Positions 1 to 24,500 of a stretch of DNA of 64,000 nt are shown here, in pieces. The translations under genes were made by a program, and so were the position numbers. The stretch comes from Catajapyx aquilonaris (taxonomy: Eukaryota), in contig JYFJ02001491.1 in NCBI GenBank assembly GCA_000934665.2, forward strand, positions 1 through 64,000, in the 5' to 3' direction. The notes beneath the pieces were generated by a model that saw only the letters and a list, made by a program, of their open reading frames with translations, searched no databases and was not told where the DNA came from. The first letter of the stretch is position 1, and each line of letters opens with the position of its first letter.

Positions 1-556
1 GGTCTTACTCAAGCAATTCTCAAGTACGGTACGGAACGGCTCGTAAAATGACTGCTGCAAACTAATACTCAGAGCAGTAGGCCTATAGGTAGGATTTTAT
101 TATGAAAAGAAAAAAATGGGGGAAAAACTAAACCCATTCTAACAGACTTGGTCCAATCGAAAAAGACCCTCTAAAATTCACCAATATTAACGTTTACATG
201 AGAAAAATTAAACGTTAGAGTTAAAATCAGCATCTAAAAGAGGGGACGATTCTGCATGAATGTTTCATGGCAATAATTCGCACTAATCGCATAGAAATTC
301 AATGTGCTTAATATTGAAGTTCCTAATTTCATAAAACACTAATATGGAGTGGCTCATGGAAAATTAATGGGCAGAATTTTCGCCGTACTACTATTACTAT
401 TAACTACAGGTCTGTAGTTACTGCTAACTTAGCAGTACAATTGCAGTACACTGGTACTGCTGTTAGAAGTAATTAGTAGTAGGACGAAAATTCCACAAAT
501 TTGTTTCAGAAAGGAGACTTCATGAGCAGTGAATGGGAAATTGCTTGAGTAAGACC
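1..556. mobile_element. Non-autonomous TIR element (MITE-like); left end at the window edge
   Basis: GGTCTTACTCAAGCAATT at 1-18 is the exact reverse complement of 539-556, which is followed by TA. A second imperfect inverted pair lies inside (about 375-410 vs 457-493). No coding capacity. Confidence 0.65.
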
Positions 557-689
557 TATGGTACAGCTTAAATCAATTGGTGAAGGTCTTACGTGCGCCT
601 GCCTTGTTTCAGTACTTTCATTCTGCCGCGGAGGTCTTACTTCTCTTTTTTTTTACTGAAGGGAAAGTTTTTGATCTAATGCTAATTTA

Positions 690-775
690 AGGCGGTGTAG
701 GGGCCTTCCCGGCCTGGATTTCTATAAGGGACAAACAAACTCTAAAACAAACTTCCTTATTTATAGAGATAGAGA
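690..775 (-). mobile_element. Possible Helitron-like 5' end fragment
   Basis: The minus strand reads A|TCTCTATCTCTATAAATAAGGAAGTTTG...GTTTGTTTGTCC, resembling the 5' TC end plus GTTT repeats of arthropod non-autonomous Helitrons. No 3' hairpin/CTAG end was found. Confidence 0.25.
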
Positions 776-1144
776 TATTTGTATGCACTTGTACAGCAAT
801 AATTTCTCAACAGACGAGATCTGTTTCAACAGACACGTCGACGCTAACGGTTATAAGTGTTGCAGAATAATACCAGTTGAACGAATCGAGCAATATAAAA
901 TAGGCCTAATGCGGATCATTGGTTCTTATGAAAACTGGCATTTGAAAACGCTAATTATGCGGGTAATTAATGTGCCGTACGCATGCGCAGCAACACACAT
1001 CCCATGTAAGCGACAATATTGTTACGTCTTACGTGTTGCCAAAGGTCCATTACATTTTTTCCACTAAAAATGGAGCAATGTAACAGTAGGCCACATTGTT
1101 GCTTATTTCACATTAAACATTGAATTTGATTTTTTTGTTGTTGT

Positions 1145-1148
<4 letters not shown>

Positions 1149-1178
<30 letters not shown>
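1149..1178. repeat. (TA)n microsatellite
   Basis: Direct read of the sequence. Confidence 0.95.
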
Positions 1179-1182
<4 letters not shown>

Positions 1183-1963
1183 CTGACAGTGTGAATTTTC
1201 TGAATTTTTTATTATTTATTATTTATTTGTTATTTTTTTAAAGATGGCAGCCACATTATCTCTTGACCCGCATCCGTCTTATGAGCGCTCCAAGTTCCAC
1301 TCTAACTCACAGGAACGGAAGAGCGTCTACAAGATTGTCTTCGATCTAGAACTCTAGATGCTGAAGAACATGGTATCATAATGTTCAGAATAAACAGAAT
1401 CAACTAATTATAGCCTCAGCTATATTGCAGGGAATTTCAAAGGAAATAATAATTATAAAAAAATTAACTTATGCTATGACTTTCATTCTCCTTATTATAA
1501 CTGTTTTGGCCCTGTAGTTTACATAGTTTATAGGAGAGAGCAAATTAATAGTGGTTATGTAACTAGTGTCTACAGCCCAAATAATGATGTGTCCTCCATT
1601 ACCCCTCTAGATATCATAATTGACGTGAGAGAGTTTCTGACAGGCTGCTGGGTACGAACTGTGTACAGGCGCACAGGAGGTTACTTGTGGATTACCAACA
1701 TTATGAGATTACTAGATATGATGAAATAAAAGGATAGTATACACACAGGTTGCTGAGTATTTCTCAGATAAGCACATTGATTTCGTTATTACAGGAATGC
1801 AGTACTTGATGATTGCATCTGACATGAAAGCTATTTATCTACTCGGTTATTGGAAACGTTTCGAGATAATTATTCTGTTGTGAATATCTTAACTGTATAC
1901 GTCACTGATGAGAGGTGCAGGGGGTCTGTTTTGATTGACAGAGATCGTCGATAAAAGTTTTGC

Positions 1964-1971
1964 TATAAAAG
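1964..1971 (+). promoter_or_regulatory. TATA box of the Grp7-like gene
   Basis: TATAAAAG about 80 nt upstream of the ATG at 2047. AATAAA near 3162 closes the gene. Confidence 0.55.
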
Positions 1972-2046
1972 GGGAAGGCAGATGCTAGCAGTTAACAGTT
2001 AGCAGACTAACCTATAGAAGTCAACACAACAACCTAGAAAGTAGCC

Positions 2047-3120
2047 ATGGCCTCAGCAAGTTCAATCGTCACTTACATTTTCCTTGCCGCTTTGGCGCAT
2101 CTGTCATGCGGTTTCAGTAAGTACTGTTTGTTACAATATCCTGTTTAAATAATCTACTTTTTAATTGCCTGCTGGTGTTATAGATTGTTGTCTTTCAAAT
2201 TGCAGCTGTTGAAACCAACAGGCTTGTCAAGAAGGAACCACTGGCAATCGTCGATAGTTACACAATTTCGGGCACACCAGACACTGGCAACGCTAACGAT
2301 TACATGGACGAAGTATTCGAAGCCATGAAGGTGTACATGGACGCAACTGGCCTCAACGAGTACCCTCTTCCAGACAAGGTCATTCAGTTCAAGTAAGTGG
2401 AACTTGTAGCATATGATATGATATGTCCTGCCGGATTTGTTTCTAACTCCTGCTGTTCCCATAATCCAACAGGAAGACCATACTTGGAATCACATATTCG
2501 GGCAAGTTTGGCTTGGAAAATGGCTACCTCCGAGGGCTGGATTCCCTCCACAGGACAGGAGACTGCACGATCAGCACGTCCAGCGGAGACGACCTGACAA
2601 TCGACACCAACTCTGGACTGGTCAACTCAAAGCTTGGCTATTCGACCATCTTGAAGTTCATGGGGAAGACGCTCAGGGGAAGTGTGTCCGGAACTGTGGA
2701 CACCAGCTCTGCTCTCAGCACGGTAACAATCATAATTATGATCTCTAATGATCTATGCTCGTCGTACCGGACGTTTGGATTCTTACGATTTCCTTGTGGC
2801 TTCCGCAGTTGGCCGTGACTGACCTGAAGAACATCACCCTGACCTATTTCCACATTACGGAAGTTGGAAATGTGACCATTGACATCACCGGATTGGGAAT
2901 CTTCAATTACTTTGCCGATCTGGTCAGTATTATATCTATGCTCATAATGATCTTCCTCTATAAGTACAAAATAAGTAATTGTTGTTTATTACAGTTTTCG
3001 GACCTGATAGCGAAAATGATAAAGAACGAGATGCCCGCAATGCTAGACGCACCTTTGAAGAAGGACGTGCAGAAGATGATTGATCAAATTCCGATCAGTG
3101 ATTTGATTCCTTCCTTGTAA
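2047..3120 (+). CDS. Secreted group-7 allergen-like (Der p 7 / TULIP lipid-binding fold) protein, about 248 aa, 5 exons
   Basis: Exons 2047-2116, 2206-2392, 2473-2722, 2809-2922, 2995-3120 (GT-AG, frame-consistent, 747 nt). Signal peptide MASASSIVTYIFLAALAHLSCG. Motifs ANDYMDEVF, NGYLRGLDSLHRTGDC and IDITGLGIFNY resemble Grp7_allergen proteins. Confidence 0.75.
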
Positions 3121-3630
3121 AAAGGCCGAATCTTGCCTGTATGAGCTGTACATTAATGTGAAATAAATTAACTTATATTATGACCTAATTATTGTGTTGA
3201 AAAATGATGTCGTTTACTACCATACCCTTTTTGTTGATGAGCCCCAATCCTGCAGAATCATGCACAAAAATTGTAATCCTTATATGAATGTATAGATCAA
3301 CATTTTTCTTTTCTTTTCTAAAGTGGGTAGCCCATTATCTGCTGGCCCAAATTCATCCTAATGTGGACCAAGATTATTTACAACTCCTTCAAAGATCATC
3401 ATTCTTGGTGTGACAGTGAAATCAATCGAATTGATTCATATCTTGAATGCTTTCTCTTTGCCTAAGTTTCAGCGTGTTAAGTACGTCTGCATGTGTCTCC
3501 TCTGCATAAATGATTCAAGAACAGCCCAGTTATGCCATGAAGACACGTGTCATTGTCAGCTGGGTACAACCTATTTCTGTCACGCTCTTCAGACTGACAT
3601 CAGATCAGTCTGAATCCACACACCCCAACC

Positions 3631-4938
3631 ATGAGAGGTGCAATTGTTAAGATGGTATGGCAGGACAGAGATAAGTCTCTGGAATGGGCTTTTCATCCTA
3701 TTGCGGTGTGTTCCACCGTATGTGGGATGCTGCCATACCCTTCATCTCGACAACCCAGAGTGTGTGCTCGACGGTGGCCTGCTCTGGTCAATGGAGCAGT
3801 CCTCATCGCATGTTACACAAGGCTTTTTCTGGCTCCAGCCCATTTTTGGCAGGACCTTTTAACAACCGGGTCCACCGGGATGTGCAGTATTGCCATTCTG
3901 TACAGCGCAGAACTTTTCCTTCCATTGCTAACTTTTGTAATGATACAACCAAAGGCAGGTGATATACGCATGTTGTTGGAGCAAATTGGATCAGTCCAAT
4001 TGGATCTACAAATGGACATGAACAGGACACTACAGCGACAGTCATACTTGCTGGTGATCAGTGCAGCGTTCCTCACCTCGGCAACACTACTCTCATGGAT
4101 AGGACCCGCTGTTGGCACAGACACATGGGTTGAGAACGTATTGTTAATCGGGCTGGCCACGTACAGCTTCATCATACTGAATGTGCCTGTGATGCACACA
4201 CAGTTTCTGGCCCTGGTTCTCCGGAAATGTTTCAAGGAGGTGAACACGATTGTGCATGAAGTAGCTAGAAACGGTGCAAAAGGGGACCTGTCTGTGGCAT
4301 GCAAGCACTTTATGAGCCTGTATGACATCACGATGGACTTTGGGAAGGTGTACGGAGGGATCTTGGCAGTCAGATACGCAGCCTTCCTCCTGGACACTAT
4401 TTCCATATTGTACTATGTGATCTTCATAACACAGGACATGCAGGTGTTTGAGGTTACGACCAATGATGTTTACGTTGCTTGCAACATTGCCATCATATTT
4501 TTTCTCACTACATTTCTGGGGAAAGTGTCGACTGAGGTTTGTCACACTTCACATTTGCACTCAATGGCATTTTATTAATTTGTTTCCCTCCGTTCAGGCA
4601 ACCGAGAGCCTCAGTGATCTCGTGCGCATCAGGACATACTCTGACAACCAGAACCAAGTCAAATACGTAAGACTGCAACTTCCACAAGTACGCCCCATGC
4701 ACTGCTAACAGACATGACTTTTCAGGCAGAGTCCATGCTTCATCTGATGCTTGGTCCTCCCATCCATGTCACAGCATCTCACTTTTTCTCTATCAACAAT
4801 GAGCTTGTTACGTCTGTGAGTACAGTTCACACTCTGTGTTCAATGTCTGGTGCATTAAGTCACTTCTAATTTCAGATCCTGGCCACTGTGACCACTTACT
4901 TCATTATTCTGGCACAGTTCAGGAAAGCCGAAGATTAG
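3631..4938 (+). CDS. Gustatory receptor (7tm_7 chemoreceptor family), about 375 aa, 4 exons
   Basis: Exons 3631-4536, 4598-4666, 4726-4815, 4876-4938. A long hydrophobic first exon is followed by three phase-0 introns. The C-terminal TASHFFSINNELVTSILATVTTYFIILAQF contains the GR TYhhhhhQF signature. Confidence 0.9.
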
Positions 4939-5979
4939 GAGGCGACAGTGCGTTTGGGATAAAACTTTCCATCGGTCTCAGGTTGTATGGTAGTATGGTG
5001 AGGAGCAATTACGCTTCAAATATTGCATAAGCTGACATCATATTCATACAGCATGATCTGTCAGTCAGATAATATTGACGCACGACAAGTGACACGTTGT
5101 ACTGTACATTACTGTACAGTACACAACATACAGGCCGCAGCTTATCAATACATCTCGCACGTCAAGTGTTACTAAGAACTAGTGGAATGACAACTGTTGT
5201 AAAATAATGTCAATTGAATGAATCCTGCACATACGCAATGCTGTACTGTTGAATCCCACAATTGCTCATGATTCCAGTCCCAGATTCCCTAGGTCAGGAA
5301 CGCTTATGTTTCAGGATGGAGGATTTGGTTGCAGGTGTACAAAAGTTAAAATGTTTACTCAGTCCCCCAACAAATTTTATGTCATAAACATTTACACTAC
5401 ATCAACTAGTTATTTAAAGCTACACATCATTTTCATCGGGAAGATAACTAGCAAGATTCGGATATTTACATGTTTCTTTTTTTTCTTCTTTACTAATCTC
5501 TGTAGGCTTGCTGCGTTTTGAATGGCTGCTTTTATTCCGCAGTAGCCACCAAAAAGAGCAAGTCGAGGAAAAAGGGACCAAACATTCTACATCCACATAT
5601 CACCACTCTTACCGACTAACTGGGAATGACTTTTCAAAATAGTGTACCAGTTACGATTCCCTAACTGCATGCCTGACAGAACACAAATGAGGCGAAAGCA
5701 CAGCTTAATACAAAAATACTTATGCGACGATACCGACAATCACCGAAATAAACACCAACAACTAATAAAATTAATGTATCAGTCAATGTAATATTACGGA
5801 GAAAAAAAAATATTTGTAAATTAAATTAAAAAACAACTGGGCTAAAAAGAGTCACTTCACAGCTATTGTTATCTCTCAAAGGGCAACACCATTGAGACGA
5901 TTTTTTTTAAAATTGTGAGATGGAGGATAAAAAGAAAAAGATAAAACGTGTGGGGGGAGGGTGGGAGCAGCGGCCATTA

Positions 5980-19216
<13,237 letters not shown>

Positions 19217-19348
19217 CTTTCCTTAGTCTGCAAAGTAATCATAATCAAACCACCTGCGAACACCCTCCAAAAAGAACCCGCACAAGTAAAGTATGTCAAA
19301 TATCCGCAATGAAACCTACGCACAACCCAACCCTGCACCCCAGCTCAC

Positions 19349-19820
19349 CTCCTCAAACCCCCCGCTGTTCCAGCAGCAACCCCCGAATCGGCCCCCTGAG
19401 TCCAAATTACGCCTAATTTATCCCAGTTTCCATCTTTGTGAGTCGAAATAATAAATATGGCCCCGTCCGTCCGTCCCTTGCTTCGGGGTAGGAATTAAAT
19501 TAAAAAAAAGAAAAAGAGACGGACAGTTAATGGCGGCTGCTCCGTTCCATTTGAAACCTAACTGGTTCTGAGACGGGCAAGGGGATTGGATGCTGGTGGG
19601 CTGGTGACGTCAGGAGGAAAGATGGCGGATTCAAGACAGGACCAATCACACCCTGGCTTACAAGCACCGTTCGGATGTGCTAACATGAGCAAGTCGATGC
19701 ATCTGATTGGGTCATACAGCTCAAATATGGGGCTGTGATTGGCTACAACTGTGACGACTGGCATGTGTGAACTTTTATCTTTCGTGTCAAGAAGTTATAT
19801 ATATTTTTTGAAAGCAGCAG
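19349..19820. promoter_or_regulatory. Bidirectional promoter and non-coding first exons of CKAP5 (-) and PFAS (+)
   Basis: Minus-strand donor GAG|GTGAGC at 19348 and plus-strand donor CAG|GTGAGT at 19821. Between them: four CCAAT boxes (19585, 19642, 19706, 19738), CRE TGACGTCA (19605), YY1 AAGATGGCGG (19619) and TTTGAA (19550). Confidence 0.7.
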
Positions 19821-20199
19821 GTGAGTAATTTTTTGGGTGTTTTCTCCTTGCTAATTGGGATTTACGGCTAATGAGGGGGGGGGGGTGGGTTGATTTTGCA
19901 GCCGTAATTTTTTTGCAAGGATGGAATGCCAGGAAGGTAATGTGTCATTGCAGTGCCGTTTTTTTTTGTGTGCGGTAGTTTTGCTTTGTTTGGTTGCCAC
20001 TTGGCGCGCAGCTCTCTTTATTTTTTATTTTTTTTGCAGCATTTGGCGGTAAAATTTAGAGCACCTTTTGCGAATTTATTTTGCACTTAGGTTTGGAGGA
20101 ATTTATTAAATTGCTAAAATATTGCATGGTGTGCACGTTTTGACTAGTTTTGACAATGTTGCGAATGAAAGTAGGCCTAAATGAGCAGAATTCTTGCAA

Positions 20200-20580
20200 T
20201 GCAATATTGTTATTGTATTTATTAATTAATATTATTTATTACATTATTTTTTGACATTCGTATCCTTTCGTTTTGACATTGTCAATGAAATGAGCTCAAC
20301 TGTTGCAATGCATTTGTTATTGTATTATTTTTATTAATATTTATTACACTTTTTATTCCATTATATATTGCATTATTTATTACACTATTTGTTATATTAT
20401 TTCATTATTTATTACAATATGTTATTTGACACTATTTTATATATTACACTTGTCTAATTATATTATATATTACACTTGTCTAATTATATTATATATTACA
20501 CTTGTCTAATTATATTATATATCACACTATTATATGATTACACTATTTAATATTGTTTTAATAATTATTATTGTCTTCCT
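20200..20580. repeat. AT-rich low-complexity tract with a 26-bp tandem repeat
   Basis: ATATTACACTTGTCTAATTATATTAT occurs 3 times plus a partial copy at 20441-20528. Confidence 0.85.
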
Positions 20581-21512
20581 AGCTCGCAATATTTATGCAA
20601 ATTATTCCTTCAAGCGTATGAACAAAATGATGTAGAAATAATTATTAACTTACTGATCTGCTGTATTATTTTCAATTTGTCGCATTGCTTGTTGTCTTAG
20701 ACATTTTTAATTAGATGTTTAAATTTTTGTATGTGCTTTTACTGTTGAAGGTAAAAACAAAATTGAATATTTGCACGTGAACTGTTGCTATCTTTCACCT
20801 TAACGTACGGAAATGTATACAAAGGAATAATATACTGTGTGCAAAAAAATTAATGAGATGAAACTGATGCAATAGTAGCTCCTTATGAAGCTGTTACTTT
20901 CACAATAATATTTGCAATCAATTTGTGAGTACACAGTCAAAATGTCAAATCTGGTACGAGAGTGTTTTACAAATTGTGGAATGTATGTGACGCAGTATTT
21001 TTGTATGCTTGCTGCGCATATGAAGTTCAAAGGATTGGAAGTGGACAAGATATTGCCAAAGAGCATGTTTGATATTATGATGCCATAAATCAGTAATAAT
21101 GTTACAATAAATATGTGCGGTACCTCCAGACGAGTACCGCAATCGCACGGCATACAGTGTTACAAAAAAAAAATTAGTGCTTAACGACAATCATTCCACT
21201 GTCTGCAAAGTATTGATAATATTCATAAGTTCCACCAGTGTTAACCAGTTTTGGCATGGTTCCAACTCCTAGATTCATCCTTGATATCTTGACCTCATAA
21301 CCATATGCCCCTTAGTTAGTAGGGGTCACAGAGTTCTTATCTCAGCAAGCTTTGGATTACTCAGCTTATATAGCTCCTGCAGCCCTTCCTTTCCCTTGTA
21401 GGATTCACTTCCCCGAGGGACTTGGCCAGAGAGTGGTTGCAGCGGAAGGTAAACTAATTGCACTTCCGTTAATTGCAGCGTTTACAATGTACGCTTCCTT
21501 GTTTACAGCATC

Positions 21513-24500
21513 ATGACCATAGTGAGGCTGTACAAATGCCCCGGGTTGAGCTCCGGGGTGTTGAAGGGCAAGTTGGCCAAATTGAAGAAGGTGGCTTCGT
21601 CCTTGAGGCAAGTGGACTCGGAGTTCTGCTACTATGTGGAGTCCGAGGGGGATCTCTCGAAGGAGGCCTTCCAGATGGTGCAGTGGGTTCTGGGTTCGCC
21701 CTTGCATCCAGCTGCCCTCAAGGATATACCGACTCTTAAGAAGGGACCTGGAAAGATGCAAGTGGAAATTGGACCCAGGTATATACACACATCAGTTGAC
21801 TGACCTTGACACTTTCCGACAATGTCTGACCAAACGCATTGCAGGCTGAACTTCTCAACTGCCTTCTCGACCAACGCAGTCTCAATCTTCCAATCAATTG
21901 GGCTCAATCAGATCGTGCGAGTCGAAATGTCCATCATCTACCTTCTGCAATGGGATGAAAAAGCTAAAGTTCCGACCGAGCTGGAAGAAAAGGCAAGTCA
22001 TATTCAGCTCCGGAACTGCTAGGAATTTAATTGCGCATTAATTTTCAGTTGGTCGGCGCCTTGCATGATCGGATGACCGAATGTCAATATGTTACGCCGA
22101 TTGAAACATTTGCGCTGAAAAGGGAAGTGACTCCCTGGCAGGAAGTTGACGTTATGAGAAACGGAAGACAGGCTCTGTGTAGAGTGAATGATGAACTGGG
22201 TAAGATCACCGGATTGTTTATAAGACACGAGAAAACGGTGCACAAATATTTGGACTGTGACGCAAAATTACGTACATATTTCTTTCTGCAGGATTGGCGT
22301 TTGATGATTGGGATATTACGTATTACACGGACTTGTTCCAAAACAAGCTGAGGCGCAATCCAACAACAGTCGAATGTTTTGATCTGGCGCAGTCCAACAG
22401 TGAGCACAGTCGGCATTGGTTTTTCAAGGTATGTCTGCTACCAATTACGCCGTTTTGTATTGCTAATTGTTCATATTGTAGGGCAAGATATTCATTAACG
22501 GGAAGGAGCAGCCTAAATCCTTGATCGACATGATAATGGCAACGAATAAGAAGGACAGCAACAATGTCATCAAATTTTCAGACAACAGCAGGCAAGTGAT
22601 GCAAAGCTCTGTACTGTGTTCCTCGTAATGACTATTTTCCTCAACACAGTGCCATCGAGGGCTATGAGACTCAAAATATGCTGATGTCATCTCCAAGCAC
22701 GGCCAGTCCCTTCCACATAATCAGGGGAAGAAGACATATCGTATTCACTGCGGAGACTCACAATTTCCCAACTGGAGTGGCTCCATTCAGGTTCAAAACG
22801 CTTATCTCGTTGGGGGCACCCGAGTTATCTCCTACTGAATTGAGGGTTATGTACTTGACTCTTCTTCCATTTTTTTAGTGGCGCTACGACAGGCACTGGT
22901 GGACGTATCAGGGATGTGCAAGCGGTCGGCCGAGGCGGTCATGTAATTGCTGGAACCGCAGGATACTCATTTGGAAACCTTCTGATACCAGGCAAGTTGT
23001 CACACGTGAGATTTTAGCGGTGCAAGTAGCATTCAACTTGATTTTCTTTCAAAGGTTATCCCCAGCCATGGGAAGACGCAAGCTTGCCTTATCCATCCAA
23101 CTTTGCGCCAGCAGTGGAGGTAGCAGTGGAGGCCAGCAACGGAGCATCAGATTACGGAAACAAGTTCGGGGAGCCTGTAATATCCGGATTTGCTCGTTCC
23201 TACGGTGCCAAACTTGCGGGAGGGGAACGGAGAGAATATGTGAAGCCAATCATGTTCAGCGGCGGAATTGGATCCCTCGACTGGGACATGGTTGCTAAAA
23301 TTAAGCCCGAAAAAGGTAAGCAGTACTACATCTCCGCTGCGTGACATTACAACTGAAACATTACTTTTCGTCAAAGGAATGAATGTTGTCAAGATTGGCG
23401 GTCCTGTGTATCGCATTGGAGTAGGCGGAGGGTCTGCCAGCTCCGTGCAAGTTCAGGGAGACAACAAGTCCGAACTCGACTTCAACGCTGTTCAGCGAGG
23501 TGATGCCGAGATGGAGCAAAAACTCAACAGAGTCTTACGCTCCTGCTTGGAAATGGGGCCGCAGAATCCAATCTGCAGCATACACGACCAGGGAGCTGGA
23601 GGAAATGGTAATATCACAATTTAAAATTTAATGCATCTGGTGTGTTGATAAAAACGTGTTAACTCGCAGGCAATGTACTGAAGGAGCTGGTTGAACCTGA
23701 GGGTGCGGTTGTGTCAACCAAAAAGTTCCAGTTGGGCGACCCCACCATCAACACACTGGAACTGTGGGGAGCCGAGTACCAAGAAAGCAACGCACTGCTA
23801 TGTAGGGCTAAAGACGTCGAAGCCCTGAAAGCAATGGCCGCAAGGGAGAGGTGTCCAATCTCGTTCGTCGGAGCTGTCACCGGAAGCGGAAAGGTTAATC
23901 AATTTCCAACGTGCAAACCCACGAAACGTTTCTTAAAAAATTGTGAGATTAAATTGGGGCAATGATTATAAATTGAAATGCTTGGCACATGATGTGATGT
24001 AGATCAGTAATGCTCTTTATGCACATATGATAACCCCAGGAGCATTACGTAAATTATGGACGACTGACAACAAGTATTCAAAGTACAAAGGTTACTATAA
24101 CTGGCGATTTGATTACAGATGGTTCTGACTGAAGAAGATATAGATCTGAAAACCGTAGTGTCGGAGGAACCCACTATAGCGGCCAAGAAGAACCCAGTGT
24201 GCCTGGATCTGGAGCAGGTTCTGGGCAAGATGCCTCTGAAGACATTCCAGTTTGAGGAGATTCCGCCACCGTTGCATCCGGTGATCCTTCCCGCAACCAC
24301 TGTCCATCAGGCCCTTGAAAGAGTCCTGCGCTTGCCGTCAGTGGCCAGCAAGCGTTACCTGACCAACAAGGTCGACAGATCTGTCACAGGACTGGTGGCA
24401 CAACAGCAGTGTGTCGGACCCCTGCATACGCCACTAGCCGACGTGGCTGTCGTGGCTCTTTCTCATCATGACAAAGTGGGTGCCGCAACGTCCATCGGGG

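Noticed and set aside
1470..1730. Signal-peptide-like stretch plus a short open frame upstream of the Grp7-like gene
   Set aside because: Interrupted by stops and no recognisable homology.
20303..20509. Hydrophobic Ile/Tyr-rich ORF
   Set aside because: Translation of an AT-rich low-complexity repeat.
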